Source: Hemiscyllium ocellatum (Eukaryota). Taken from it: a stretch of DNA of 64,000 nt. The stretch's first letter is position 1, and each line of letters opens with the position of its first letter. The notes under the pieces are model-generated. The model ran no database searches. It was not told the DNA's origin and saw nothing but the letters and a program-made list of their open reading frames with translations. Below, one piece after another: positions 45,911-60,472 of the stretch. A program made the translations under genes and the position numbers. The stretch is from NCBI RefSeq assembly GCF_020745735.1, contig NC_083410.1:4562117-4626116 (forward strand), given 5' to 3'.

Positions 45911-48900
45911 GTAAGTAAATGCTTGGAATTGTTTCCATAGAGTTCTTGTTTGAGTTTCATTTTTGGATTGTGTGCTGGTGTTTGAGCTGTTATTTTGTAA
46001 TTCACGATTTCCTATTTCAGGTGAAATTGGGCTTTCTCACAGTGCAATGGGAACATACAGTGTGAGATGTGACATTGAACAATGCTGTCTAGTTGTCCCA
46101 CTCCTGGACGCCAGTGTCTGTCATTTCAGAATCCCATGTCAGCTCTGCACAAAGCTTCTGACTGGAGCATTGAACTTTTAAAAATCACCAAGTTATGGCA
46201 AAGTAAATGAACCTTCAGTATCTGTCCATCAAATAGACTCCTCAATACGCGATGTGATTCTGTGATACTTTTATGTTTCCTACTTTCACTAAAACAGTAG
46301 GGTAATGCCTTGGGGGAATGGATAGGAACTGGGGAATTGCCTTAATAATCCAAAAGAGATGATTGAGAAGGAACTGGGATGTTCAACCAGTCAGTGTGCC
46401 CCTCCGCGAGTCGACAAACCAATAGGATGCAAACTTGAACTGCTCAGACAAAGAGTGCTTCAGAAATCTGACATCGTCCTGCCTGGCTCATAATCCAGTG
46501 AGTTTACTGCAAGTCCCTCAAATGCTAACATATCTTTCCTGAGCTGGAGGGCTGAAACTGTTCATAATGTTCCAAATGCAGTCTGACCAGTGCCTTATAC
46601 AGCCTCAACACTACACCCCTGCTCTTGTATTCCAGCCCTCTTGAAATGAACGCCAACACTGCATTTGCCTTCCTAACCGTAAACTGAACCTGGATGTTAA
46701 CCTTAAGGGAATCCTGAACTACGATTCCAAAATCACTTTAAGCTTCAGATTTCTGAAGCCTTTTCCTTCTTAAAACGTAGTCTATGCATCTATTCTTCCT
46801 ACCAAAGTGCATAACCTCACACTTTCCAACACTGTATTCGATCCGCCACTTCTTTACTCACGCTTTTAGCCTGTCCACATCAAGCTGCAGCCTCCTCACT
46901 TCTTCAACACTACCTGTCCCACCATATAGCTTTGTGTTATCTGCAACCATAGCAGCAATGCCCTCAGTTACGATGACCGTATCAATAATGTATAACATGA
47001 ACAACTATGGACCTTCATTGACTCTTGTGGGACTCCATTAGTCACTGGTTAACATCCTTTAGCCTTACTCTCTGCCTTCTGCCAGCTGCAGTCCCTCTCC
47101 ATACCAGTACCTTGCTCCTAACACTATGGGCTATGACATTATTTGGCAGCCTCCAGTGTTGCACCTTGTCAAACACTTTGTCGAAATTAAAATAGATCAT
47201 GCGGAGGTATGTGGGTCTCTGGTCGAGTATGGTGGGAGAGGGATAGATCTCATTGCTGGGTCTGTCCATTCCACTGTGGGGTCATTGGGTTAGACTGAGG
47301 GAACTGGATACTAGATATTAGTGATAGGAGGTAGTGAAATGTGGATGAATTGAATTGTAGGGCTGTGGTAGCAAATGGTTTCAGGGGAAGGGAGTTATTG
47401 AATGTTCCAGAAACAGGAGCTTGGACAATGGGTGGAGGGAGTTGTGTGGATCAGGGCCAGGATGGTATGGGGATGGGAACGAGTGTAGACTCAAGGGGAA
47501 AGAGCAGAATCAGAGAATTATTACAGCACAGAAGGAGGCCATCCTGCCCATTGTGTCTGTACCAGCTCTTCAAACAATCATCGTTACCTTGTGCCAATCT
47601 CCTCTGTTTTCCCTGTATCCCTGCAGACCATTTCAGTCCAAATCTGTAATGAATCTCCTCTTGAAAGGCTCAGGTGAACCTGCCTCCACTACATTTCCAG
47701 GCAGGATCACATTTCCTTCGTTTGCAGATCACTTTAAACCTATGCCCCTCTTGTTCTTGTTCCTTTTACAGGCAGAAACCCCTTCTCCCTATCTACTCTG
47801 TCCAGCCTGATCATGATTTTGAAAATCTCAATCAGATTTTCCTCTCATCCTGCCTTCTCTCCAGAGAGAAAGTTCCCAACGTCTTCAATCTCTCTGCATC
47901 GCTGAAGTTCCTCATCCCTCGAATCATTCTGGTCAATCACTTCCTGCACACTCCGAGGACACTGCCTGCTTTATTAACCTCACTCTCCGTCTGTCTGTAC
48001 AAGAGCAGGGAGCTGCTGTGGAACTTATACAAGACCCTTGTTCATTCCCAGCTGAAGTATTGTGTGCAGTTATAGGTCCCACACCACAGGAAGGATGTGA
48101 CTGCTTTGGAGAGCGAATGTAAAAGTGATTTCTGAAACTGGTTTGAGGGATGAGGAAATTCAGCGATGAGGACAGATTGAAGACGTTGGGGCTGTTCTCT
48201 CTGGAGAGAAGGTGGATGAGAGGAAATTGATAAAAACTAAAGTTACTGTGGATGCTGGAAATCAGAAACAGAATTTGCTGGAAACGCTCCACAGGTCTGG
48301 CAGCATTTGTAGAGATGAGTCAAAGCTGACGTTTCAGCTCCAGTGACCTTTCCCCAGAAATTCTCATTTACAATTTTGAGCTCAACACTGAGTTCAACTC
48401 CGACAGATTGTGAACCCATTCCTTCCCTTTCCTTTGCTTGTTACATTCTCAGTCAGCATGTCCTCTCCCCTCTCCCCCATCTCCATGGAGTTATGTTCTT
48501 CCTAAGTGTCCCCTTCCAGAATAAAGTGTATCTGTCACTGTGTTCCTGGAGCTGACCTTCTCCTGCCCAGTGTCTCTCTCAGGGCAGGGAGCTCTGTGAC
48601 AGAGTGTACACACTGCTGTGTTTGTGCATCGTTGGTGGAGTGGACAGTTGTGAATGTGATACCAATCAAGGGGCTGCTTCATCCTGGATGGTGTCAAGCT
48701 TCTTGGGTGTTGTTGGCACTGCGCCCATCCAGGCAAGTCATCCACCACACTCCTGACATGGGGCCTGCAGGTGGTGGACAGTCTTTGAGAAGTCAGATCA
48801 GTTACTCTGACCTGCACTTGTAGCCCCTGTGTTTGCATGATGAGTGCAGATACATTTCTGGTCATCGATAACTCCTCGATATTGATAGTGGGGGATTGTG

Positions 48901-50770
48901 TCATGGTGATACCATTGAATGTTAAGACACAACGATGAGATTGTCTCTTATTCGAGATGGGGCTCACTGCCTGGCAGTTTTACTTATCACACGTCAGCCC
49001 AAACCTGGTTATTGTCCAGACTTTGCTGCATTTCAACATGGACTGCTTCAGTGTCTGAGGAGTCACAAATGGTGCTGAACATTGTACAATCATTGGTGAA
49101 CATTCCTATTTCTGACCTATCGTTGGAGGAAAGGTCATTAGGGCTAGAGGGAGCTGCAGTGCTCCCGGCTGAGCTCACCCTGCTCTTCGTTTGGAGATTC
49201 AGCCCATCCACAACATGAAACCATTTACTATTCCCCATCCTCAACTCCACCCTGGCCCCGAAGTGGATCCTCCCAATTGTTGCAGCCCTTAAGCCCTCAT
49301 CCTGTGTCTCTCAGGTGGTGCAGTACAAATGTAATGAGGCAGACTTGATTCAGGAGTTCAAGGTCAAGGAATCCCGAGGACCAGTGACCATGATACAACA
49401 GAATTCACATGGCAGTTTGAGAAAGAGATGATTGAATCACATGTAACAGGATTACAACTGAGCAAAGATTAATACAAAGATGTGAGGGAGGAGCTGGCCA
49501 GAGTTGATTGGAAGGGAATTCAGAAGGGATGATGGTGGAACAGCAATGGCAGGGTTTCTGGGGAATTTGGGAGGCACAGCAGGAATTCATCCCAAGGAAG
49601 ATGGAACATACTCAGCAGAGGATGAGGCAAACATGACTGACAGTACCCTCATTATGCCGTGGTCAAATGACATTTGTTGTCTTGCTCTTACCTTTCAAAT
49701 CTCTAAAAAAATCTATTGCAATCCTCTTTTCACTGCTAGATAGCGTGCTCACATCTTTCATCTTCTCCACTTTGTTACTCTTTCAGTTATGTTCTGCTGG
49801 TGTTTAAAGATCTCCCAGTCCTCTCGTTTCCCACTCATCTTCTCCATATCGTCTGCTTTTTACTTTGCTTTTGTTCATCCCTGACTCCAGCCAGAACTTC
49901 AAGAGGATCCAGGGGCAGAGGTGAGTGTAGCAGAAGGGGCTGGGGAAGCTGAACGGTCTGAAAGAGAATAAATCACCCAGACCAGATGGAGTACAGTGCA
50001 AAGTTCCGAAGGAGATTTCAAAAAGATTTTAGAAAGACATGGGGGCAAGTCTTTAACACAGAGAGTGGTTTGGGCATGGAATGCACTTCCAGAGGAAGTG
50101 GTGCATGTGGGGACCGTTACAACATTTAAAAAATATTTATACAGGTGCATGAATGAAAAGGTTTGGAGGAATCTGAGCCAGGCACAGGCAGGTGGGACTG
50201 GTTCATTTGGGATTTTGATCGGATGGACTGGCTGGACCAAAGAGTGTGTTTCCAGGCTGTTTCACTCCATGAGATAGCTGAGGAGATTGTAGAGGAGATG
50301 GTGGTGATCTTTCAGGAATCACCCGAGTCAGGGAGGGACTCAGAGGACTGGAAAATGGCTAATGGAACACCCTGTGATAAAGATGGATAGGGTCCTGATT
50401 AGTAAGGGGAGCAAGGGTTAGAAGGAAAACGCAGGAGAATGGGATTGAGAAAAATATCAATTGTAATCAAATAGTGGTGCAGATATGATGGACTGAATGG
50501 CCTAATTTTGCTCCTCTATTTTATGGTCTCACTGTCCGAGTCCCACTCCACATCCTTGAGCACAAATTACTCTCTGAAGCTGTTGGTCAGTACGATATAA
50601 CACGAAAGAGCAAAGCTCAGGTGTTGTCCAAAACAATTTGGTTTCTAATTAGTGGCTGGAATCCACAACAACTGTTGATTATATCCAGGAGATTTTGTCA
50701 TGGCTTCGTTTCCAGGTGATTATTTTGAGGTTTCTCATCTGTTCTGATCTCAGTTATTTTCTATTCACAG

Positions 50771-51121
50771 GTCAGGATACAAGGACAGTTCTTATCCAAT
50801 CCCCTGAAGCAGTGACAGTGCCTGAGGGTGGGACAGTGACATTTCGCTGTGACTTGCGAAGCAGCAATGTCAATTACACCGTGGACAGATATAATGTACA
50901 CTGGCACCATTCCCGACGCTGGCCGGTCATACTGAGTCATTATGTGGGCGGCCGTGTTTACCGATCGAGAGGATTCTCTGAGCGGTTTCAGCTTTCCAGA
51001 AATGTGACCAGTAACAGCTACATTCTGACCATCACAGAGCTGCAGCTCAGTGACACCAATACCTACATCTGTCAGATTTGGGGGAACGTCTTTGGGAAAG
51101 GGACCCGGCTGAATGTGACCA
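50771..51121 (+). CDS. Ig superfamily V-set exon A3 (gene 2), pre-joined V-J type
   Basis: ctattcacag|GT acceptor, ACC A|gtaagt donor, 351 nt, open; GQDTRTVLIQSPEAV...TFRC...NVHW...TYICQIWGNVFGKGTRLNVT. Confidence 0.93.
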
Positions 51122-51369
51122 GTAAGTATTCTCTAATACAGTATTCATTTGATTGCCTGTGATTTCACCATGGAAGCATCTTGTTTAATTTAACATTTTA
51201 TAAACTTTATAACAGACCCAGGCCCCGAACTCAACCCCCTCCACAACCTCTTGGCCCCTCCCCCGGGTTCTCAGCCCATTCCTTCCCAAACCCTGACCCC
51301 AGCAAAAGCAGCAGTCGGCTCACTGCCCTGGATCACAGACCATTCCCCTGGCTCCTGCCAGTCAGTCAG

Positions 51370-52130
51370 GCAGTGACAGGGAGGGAGTGACAAAGAGGGA
51401 ACGAGTGATAGAGTGGTGGACAAGGAAGGAGTGACAGAAAGGGAGCAGATGACAGGGAGGGAGTGACAGAGAGGGAGCCGGTGACATGGAGGGAGCGAGT
51501 GACAGGGAGGGAGTGACAGAGAGGGAGTTACATAGACAGAGAGGTAGAGGGAGGGAGTGACAGAGGGAGGGAGTGACAGAGGAACGGAGTGACAGGGAGT
51601 GACAGAGAGGGAGCAAGTGACAGAGAGGGAGTGACAGAGAGAGTGAGAAAGTGGGAGAGACAGGGAGGATGCGAGTGATCGAGAAGGAGTGACAGAAAAT
51701 GAGTGACAGAGAGGGAGTGACACGTAGGGTGTGAGTAACAGAGAAAGAGCAAGTGAGAGGGAGGGAATGAAAGAGAGGGAGAGAGTGACAGAGAGGGAGC
51801 AAGTGATATGGAGCGAGTGACAGAGATGGAGCGAGTGACAGAGAAGGAGCGAGTGACAGAGAGGGAGTGACAGGAAGGGAACAAGTGACAGACAGGGAGT
51901 GACAAGGAGAGAGCAAGTGTCAGAGAAGGAGCAAGTGACAGAGAGAGAGGAAGTGAGAGAGAGGGACTGAGAGAGAGAGTGAGTGGCAGAGAGGGAGTGA
52001 CAGAAACGGAGGGAGTGATAGAGAGGGAGTGATAGAGAGGGAATGATAGAGAGGGAGTGACAGGGAGATCGTGAATGACAGAAAGGGAGTGACAGGGAGG
52101 GAACGAGTGAGGCTGAGTGACAGTGAAAGA
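51370..52130. repeat. Purine-rich (GAGTGACAGAGAGG)-type tandem repeat
   Basis: Longer paralogous array downstream of exon A3. Confidence 0.85.
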
Positions 52131-53660
52131 GGATGTACAGTAAAATCCTGTAATCCTGTACATGATTTTAAAGCAGTTTTGGAGAAGAACCGGCTGGGGT
52201 CTGAAGTCAATACGATTTCTCTCCTTGATGGAAGAATGGGGCAGTTCAGAGAAAGCTTTGTTATCCCCATGTAAAAGCTTAGTTAGTGACACTTCCACAG
52301 GAGGGTCTGCTTCAGAATCTGCAGTTTATTAAAAGACTGAGAAAGCCTAATCTCACGGGGTTGGATTTTCCAGTGAGGGGTAATCTCTCTCTAATTACCA
52401 TTCCAACACTTCATTTTTCTACAATTAGAGGGAACACCACAAAACTAAGAGGAGATTTCAATCAGGACTCCTTCAGAAATGCAGACCCGTAATTCTATTC
52501 TGACAGTTCTTGTGGAGCACAGAATGTCACAGGAAGTCTAACAGCAGACTCCAATGTTACAGCTGTCAGCTGCCACCTTCTGCAATTCAAAAGGAAGCCC
52601 TCAATGTAATTTGAGGTTGAAATGTAAAGAATCACAGGCAGCCACTTTAGCAGCTGCTGTTAAAATGTAAGGACATCAGCTAAGTGTGAGGGTTCAGTGC
52701 TGGGAGGGTAGGAAGCCAGACTGGTAAAGGGATGGAGTAAGTAGGATGCCAGGGGTGAGAGTACCAGCTCAGTAGGATACCAACTAGGACGGGGTTAGAG
52801 TGACAGATGCAAGTGTGCCAGGTGGGAAAGGGTTCAGATGTGGAGTGGGGGAAGAGGGGAGCAAGTCAGGGAGTGGGGAGGGGACTTTTATTTAATTCAT
52901 TCATGGGATGAGAGCACAGGGTTGGTTCAGCGAGCATTAACACCCAGTCAAATGAGACAGAGGGTAGATGGGAGTCAACCACATTGTTGTGTGTCTGGAG
53001 TCACATGTATGCCAGAGCAGATAAAGACAGCAGTTTCTTTCCCGAAAGAATATTAAAGAAACAGAATTGGCTTTGCTTTGGGTTTTAGATCTTTTGTAAT
53101 GTCTTGTAGCTTTAGATAAAAATTGGATTGATTTATTTTAATTTTTCTTTTGTATTGTGAAATAAATTCCTGTTTTATTGTTGAAAAGAAAATTAACAGG
53201 CTTGTGTATCTTCATTCAGTGAATTACCAACAATTCAGCTAAAAGAAACACAACCTATTGGGCCTGATTTCATTTTGAGTTCTGTCTTATCCAGAGTTCT
53301 AATCTGCTGGGATCATAACGGCATGGTGATGTGAGAATTCCCTGAACTTCTTCATCTTTCCCTGTTACAAGTAACTCATGGATCGGTTTTCATGCTGGCA
53401 GAGCTATTTTGCTTCATCATCAATGGTTCTGTGTCCTTTATATGATGATTTTAACTGCAACAGAACTCCAATTGGACGAGAACAAAGGGCTGATACAAGT
53501 TCAGCTTAGATACACATGGAGTCTATTCCTCTAGCAACAAAACCATTGTTATGACTGATGTGATGGGTAGTGTCCTTGCCTCTGAATCAGACACCCTAGG
53601 ATCAAGTCCACTCCAGGACCAATGGCCAAGGAAGATAATTCATAATAAGGCCAAATGAGT

Positions 53661-53830
53661 TTAGATTTTAGATTCCCTACAGTGTAGAAAAAGGCCCTTC
53701 GGCCCAACAAGTCCACACCGACCCTCCGAAGAGCAACCCACCCAGACCCATTCCCCTATATTTACCCCTTCACTGAACACTACAGGCAATTTAGCATGGC
53801 CAATTCACCTAACCTGCACGTTTTCGGACA
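53661..53830 (-). mobile_element. HE1-like SINE 3' part
   Basis: Reverse-complement homolog of 43331-43496. Confidence 0.7.
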
Positions 53831-55004
53831 CATTTTTGTCGCTCGCTCCCTCTCACTCACTCCTTCCCTGTCACTCCCTCGCTGTCACTTGCTCCCTCTC
53901 TTTGTGGGAGTTGATGATCATTAAGCTGTAAATTCCTCTGATACCCCTATGGCAGGCAGGAAGAGTGGGAAATGTTAACTCATATTCTCTAAAAACAGAT
54001 GCTGCCAGACCTGTAGAGTTTCTCCAGACCATACGCTTTCATTTCACATCTATCCTCAGACTCAAGCTGATAGAAAATGAACTCAATATCATTGGATTTT
54101 AATGTTTTTCTCCCCAGATCACTTCCTTTCCAGTTAATTTCCTCTAAAACCAAGTGCCATGACAGTTCGTCAAATGTCTGCACCTTCTCAGTTCTGTCAG
54201 GTAAAGGTTTTTTCACCAACTCAATCAACCTAGGATTGGAAAGTTCCTTGAAGACTGTCAATGCCAGCTGTAGGAAAGCTTTTGCCAGTTCCAGAGCCAA
54301 GACTTCAATGCAGAAGCAAACCTTATGCTTTTCTTCACTTGCTTTGTTCACTAAGACCACACCCAAATCCTCACTGCTTCTCTTTCAAATCATCCCTGGC
54401 CAAGCCCCCTAACCTTATTCCTCTTCCCTGGTATAGCTCTAGAAATCATGACCCACTAATCCAGGAGGCATCACAAATGGTCACGATTTTAAGAAGCACA
54501 CAAATCCCACTTTTACCTCTTTTTTGGAACCAGAATCACAGAGAGCGCTGACCACGTGCCAGAACATCACAAGAATCACTACTCATTGCAGATGAATGGA
54601 TGGCAGCTACTCATAAACACTTACAAACCTTCAATATACCGCTCTACTGTTTAATATTCTAATTCTGTTTTAAACTCCTCTTGCATACATATAAAGACAG
54701 AAAAAAAATGGGAGGGAAAGACTGGGAAAGCAGTTGACCGTCCCACTTCCCAGGGTTCACTGAGACAGTCCCTGTGGCTGGTTGGGGACTTGCTGTTCCT
54801 TGATCCTCCCTTTCCAATGCCTTTCACTGGTTTGAAACAGATTCAGGGAGTCTGGCTCACATTCTGGATCCACTCACTGTGGGATCAGTGTGATGGATTT
54901 CCGCTTGAGAGTCACCATAAAGACTCAATGGTTTCTCTTCAATTCAATCGCCTGAAACACATCACAGGTGGAGGCAACAACAACCTGCATTGAAATAGCT
55001 CCAC

Positions 55005-58000
55005 TGTTACAACAAAGAACTCCCAAATTCCACGATTTAAAGAAAATAATATCAATTTATTCTTTAACTCTAAAGATCAATATTATACAACAATTATTCA
55101 CAACGCTAGCCCCCCCCTTCTCTTAAGTGCTTATTATTTGCGCCTACCTCTAAAACAATATAGTGTTCCAATAAGACACGCATTAAAATTACATCACCTT
55201 TAGGTGGGTTTAAGCTAGCTCAGCAGGGGGATGGGAACTGAGGTGTAGTTCCAGTGCACAGGAGGATGAGAGTACGGAAGACACGGACAGGATTTCATGG
55301 TCGCAGGAATGTGCTGGCAGACAGTAAGCTGGTTTGAAGTGTGTTTACTTCAACACCAGAAATATCCGAAATAAGGTAGGTGAGCTTGCAGCATGGATAG
55401 GTACCCGGGACTTCGATGTTGTGGCCATTTCAGAAACATGGATAGAGCAGGGTCAGGAAAGAACGTTGTAGGTTCCAGGGATTAGAGCTTTCATTAAGAA
55501 CAGGGAAGGTGGAAAAAGAGGGGAAGGTTTGGCCTTGTTAGTCAAGGACAGTATAATGGTCGCTTAAATAACTTTTGACAAGGACTCGTCTCCTGAGGTC
55601 ATATGGGCTGACGTTAGAAACAGGAGAGGTCACACTGCTGGGAGATTTTTATACAGCTCTGCAGAATTCCAGGGATGCGCAGGAGACGATCGGCAAAACG
55701 ATTCTGGGTAGGAGTGAAAGGAACAGGGTGGTCATTATGGGGGACTTTAACTTCTCCAACATTGACTGGAAATGCTACGACTCTCATACATCAGACGGAT
55801 CCGTTTTTGTCCAATGTGTACAGGAGGGTTTCCTGACACAGTTTCCTGACACAGGGCCAACAAGAGGGGTGGTCACACTGGATCTGGTGCTTGGTAATGA
55901 ATCAGGTCAGGTGTTTGATTTAGTGGCAGGTGAGCACTTTGGAGACAGTGACCATAGTTCAGTTACGTTTCATTTAGCGATGGAAAGGGATAGGTACATG
56001 TCACAGGGCAAAAGTTATCAATGAGGCACAGGCAATTATAATGTGATTGGGATTGAGAGTGATTTAGCAGTTTGGATTAAAAATTGGCTTGCTGTAAGAA
56101 GGCAGCGAGTGGCGTTTGATGGAAAATATTCAACCTGGAGTCCGGTTACTAATGGTATGCTACAAAGATCTGTTTTGGGACCACATTGGTTTATCATTTT
56201 TATAATTGATTTAGATACAGGCATAGTTGGATGGGTTAGTAAGTTTAGAGATGACACTAAAATTGGTGGAGTAGTGGACACTGTGGAAGAATATTGCAGG
56301 TTGCAGGGGGACTTGGATAAACTGCAGAATTGGGCTGAGAGGTGGCAAATGGAGTTCAATGCAGATAAATGTGAGGTGATTCACTTTGGGAAGAATAACA
56401 GGAAGGCAGAATACTGGGTCAATGGAAAGATACTTGGTGGTGTTGATGTGCAGGGGGATCTTGGAGTCCATGTGCATAGATCCCTGAAAGTTGCCACCCA
56501 GGGTGATAGTGCTGTTAAGAAGGTATACAGTGTGTTAGGCCTCATTGGTGGAGGGACTGAGTTCTGGAGCCGTAATGTCACTCTGAGGTTATACAAAATG
56601 CTAGTGTGGCCGACTTGGAATTTTGTGTTCAGTTCTGGACACCCCATTACAGGAAGAATGTGGAGGCAATGGAAAAGGTGCCGAGGAGATTTATCAGGGT
56701 GTTGCTTGGTCTGGAAGGAAGGTCTTATGAGGAAAGGCTGAGAGACTTGGGTCTGGTCTCATTGGAGAGAAGAAGACTAAGAGGGGATTTGATAGAGATA
56801 TACAGGATGATCAGGCAATTAGATAGGGTAGGCAGTGAAAATCTTTTTCCTAGGATGATAACGTCAGCTTGTATAAGGGGCAAAGCTACAAATTGAGGGG
56901 TGATAGATTTAAGACAGGTGTCAGAGACTGGTTCTTTACTCAGAGAGTGGTAAGGGCATGGATTGCCCTGCCTGCCAATGTAGTTAACTCAGCCACATTA
57001 GGGAGATTTAAACAATCCTTGGATAAGCACATGGATGATGATGGGATAGTTACGTGGGATGGGCTTAGATTAGTTCACAGGTCAGCACAACATCGAAGGC
57101 CAAAGGGCCTATTCTGCGCTGGATTGTTCTATGTTCTATGTATTTTTCTTTTAACTCCTCACTTCCCTGGTCTTCCTTTGGCTTATCCACAACAGATCCT
57201 GCTAAATCGTTCCCAAGAACAAACTGTATTCCTGGAACTGACAATCTGTCAATCACTCCCACTGTTAATTCCCCAGAATTGAATTGGCTCTCCAACCTGA
57301 TTTTCACAGGGGAATACCAACTTTCTGTCGATCTATTCCACAAATTACCACTCTCTCAGATAACATGTCAGAAAGAGTACAACTACATTCATCTCTTATG
57401 ATTAAAGAATGATTAGAGACTGATTAGATCCCCTATCTCTCAAAATTGTAACTTCTTGCTCTTCTCCCCCTGTCCTTCCTGAATGAACTCCACCCACAGA
57501 GACAAAGTCTTCATTGAGATCGGGTACTAACTCAATACCCAGCCCCTGCTAGGTCTGTGCACACTCCTGCAGCTACTCGGCTCTTCTTCAGGTTTCCTTT
57601 ACTATTTCCACAAATGCCACTGGCTTAGCCTCTTTTACCAAATCTTTTCCCACAGTGCCTTCTTTTAACGACTAGCACTTCGATTGTACATGTCCCACTG
57701 TAGCACAGTTGAAACACTTGAGGTCTTTCACCTCCTTATCACCCTCTTGGGCTTCATTTTTCACCTGTGGCAAACGATTACCAGTGTGCTCTAATCTCTG
57801 TTTTGTAGTGTCGGATCTCCCCTTCTCCCAACTTCTATCCCTCATAGGATGAAATTCTTGCCGGAAGCTTGCCTTAGGCATCAATGCCATCTGCCATCTC
57901 CACCACTCTTCTCACTTCCTGAGATTTCTATTCATCCACATGAATTCTTATCATGTCTAGAGTGAGTTTTTTAATTCCCCCAGCAGAATAATCTCTTTTA

Positions 58001-59468
58001 GAGCCTCATAGGTCTAATCTATTTTTATGACCCGCACCCGTCTATCAAAATGACTGTTTAATTCTTTCGAACTTTATGGTTCCTTCTTTATGTTTCTGAA
58101 CCCCTATCTATACACCCCTGGTAACAATTCATAAGCACTCAAAATAGCCTCTTTGGCATCTACATAATCTCTTGACCCCTCAGCTGACAGCGCTGAAGAA
58201 ACATCACTAGCAAATTCTCTCTCCCTTTCTTTCTCTCTTTCTTCTCTCTCTCTCCCTCTCTCTCCTTTCCTTTTCTCTCTTAGTTTGCTCAGTTAAGAAC
58301 CTTCTCTCTCTTTTTCCTCACTTTTTATCTTTTCCTCTCTCTCTTTTTCTTCTCTCTTCTTTCCTCTCTCTCTCTTTCTTCTCTTATGGTTCTTCTTTCC
58401 CTTTCTTTATCTTCTAACTCCATTTCTCTCAATTTGAATTTACGTTTTTCTAACTTTACAGCACTTTCTGTTTCACTGATACAGCTAAGTGCTTGACTAA
58501 CTCCATTACAATTTCAGCTCTCCTTTTGCCCCTGGTTAAACCTAATTCTAACCTATTTGCTAATTCTAAACGTATGCCCTTCCCCTGATTTTCTAAACTT
58601 TCTTCGCAAATTTGGCAAGCATCTTAAACCCTAGAGCTTCTTTAGCAATCTTAAGAGCCATTTCTCTCACTTTTAATTTAACCAACTTCAAGTAACTGAA
58701 ATTAAATGAACTGTCTCACCTAAGTTTTATTTAAAGATCTAGGACACTAATTAGCAAGTGTTTAAATCTGCTGGGATCTTTCATAATGCAAATTTGGTCA
58801 AATCTGTCCAATTCTCAGACCGGATCTGTCTAAACCTGTTCAAATTTCAGAGCTGTGCCCAGAAACTGTTACAACACGGCATTGAGCCTGTCTGTTAATT
58901 AAACCAAACACTCTGAAAAGCTCAACTTGTCATGTAATCTGTCAAAATATTAGTGACAGTGAAACCCCAAATTCTTCTATTTAATGAAAATAATATTGTT
59001 TTATTCTTGAACTCTAAAAGTGAGCATTAAACAATAATTATTCACAACTCTAAGCTCTCTTTCTCTGAACTTCTTATTATCTGCCTCTAATTCTATAACA
59101 ATATGCTGTTGCAATAAAAGGCTTATTAATTTCAAAACCACACAGCAGCTGTTGTCTTCGGAGAGTGCCTTCTTCTGGCTGAATGTCGCCCTTGGCTGTC
59201 TTCTTTCTTTTTACTCCAAATATGTTTCATCTAAAAAGGTACCTTCAATAGAGAGGTTTGGCAGTTGCTCTGTCTGATTTTCAAACTGCCTGCCTTTTTT
59301 ATATCCCCAATATCAGATTGTCTCATTGGTTTGAGACTGTCAAAACAATAAATTCAAACTCAGATGTGATTTAGTATCCTGATGCATAATTTTAACTGAT
59401 TCTTTAAATTAAAATTGTTGTCAAAACAGCAACCAACTTAGGTATCCATTTCACAGCCAAATGTTACA
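55005..59468 (-). mobile_element. Gypsy-type LTR retrotransposon remnant interrupted by CR1
   Basis: CCHC knuckle CFNCATVGHVQSKC (57672-57890), protease-like LSVPGIQFVLGNDLAG, and two related AT-rich segments starting tgttacaac (55005, 58867), the second ending tgttaca (59468). Confidence 0.6.
55205..57140 (+). mobile_element. Decayed CR1 LINE with internal deletion
   Basis: Endonuclease fragment (55575-56024) is joined directly to mid-RT (56043-56741); ttctatgttctatg tail at ~57125-57140. Confidence 0.85.
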
Positions 59469-60472
59469 TAGTTTCAATTTTCCAGTACACTTTGAGACTA
59501 TCTTCTAGACAGACCACTGGTGCTTGTAAGACTCTCAGAGCAGAACAGCATTCGTTCTCTCTTAAAGGTACAGTACACACCTTCAACCTCATAACACCAC
59601 TAAAAACAAAATTGCTCTCAAAGTATTTCACAAAAATATATATTGGGCCAAATCCAACAGAGGCAACAAGTGAAATGTCAGAAGAATGACACATATATTG
59701 GTCAAAATGCAGGGTTTCGAAAGATTTGCAAATTGGAGAGCAATCTGATTAATGGAACAGGTTTGAGAGAAGAGCCTCTGGCAGCTGAAGACGGTTGGGA
59801 GTTAGGAAGTGGATGAGATTCAAGCATTGGAGCAGCAAAGAACTGTGGGTTTTTAGATCTGGACAAGGTTTTAGAGATTGGATGGGACAAAGCTCTGCAG
59901 AACTTGGAAGCTGAGGGTGGAAGATCAATTCAGTGATTTGGGAGCCAGTGAGACAGTGTCTGACTCCAGCAATGGATCAGCAGGATTCAAGCTCAATGCT
60001 GTCAGTTGGGAGCTGGACTGTATGGATTTGAAAAGATCACTTTGAGAGCATTAGGATTGGATATTTGATGAAGAATCAGCAGCAGCAGCAGTAGCAGGGA
60101 GTACAAATAGATCTGGGGGAGCTTTTTGAGAAGGGTTTTGATGACAGTGAGTTCTGTGAGCTGCATTTTAAAGTATGAAGGAAGCTCATGGAGAGTGTTG
60201 AAGAAGAAATAAACAGGGACTGAGTCATTAGGAAATAAGAAGGCAGTGTGGGGAGAAGACTGGGAGGATTCTGCAGTGACTGGGGACCAGGGAGGGAGAA
60301 GCAACAAGTTTGTGAATGACGAGGAAGTGGCAGAGTTTTCCAGATTGGGCTGCTTGATAATAAATTGACAAATTACCCAAATGAACATGGACTCATATGT
60401 TTTTATTAGATATTTGAGATATTTACCAGACTTCAGGCTAATTTTAATTTATTCATACATTTTCTCTTAAAG

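Noticed and set aside
53989-54366. 125-aa minus-strand ORF as a host gene
   Set aside because: No splice structure or recognisable domain; more likely a decayed LTR-element gag fragment.
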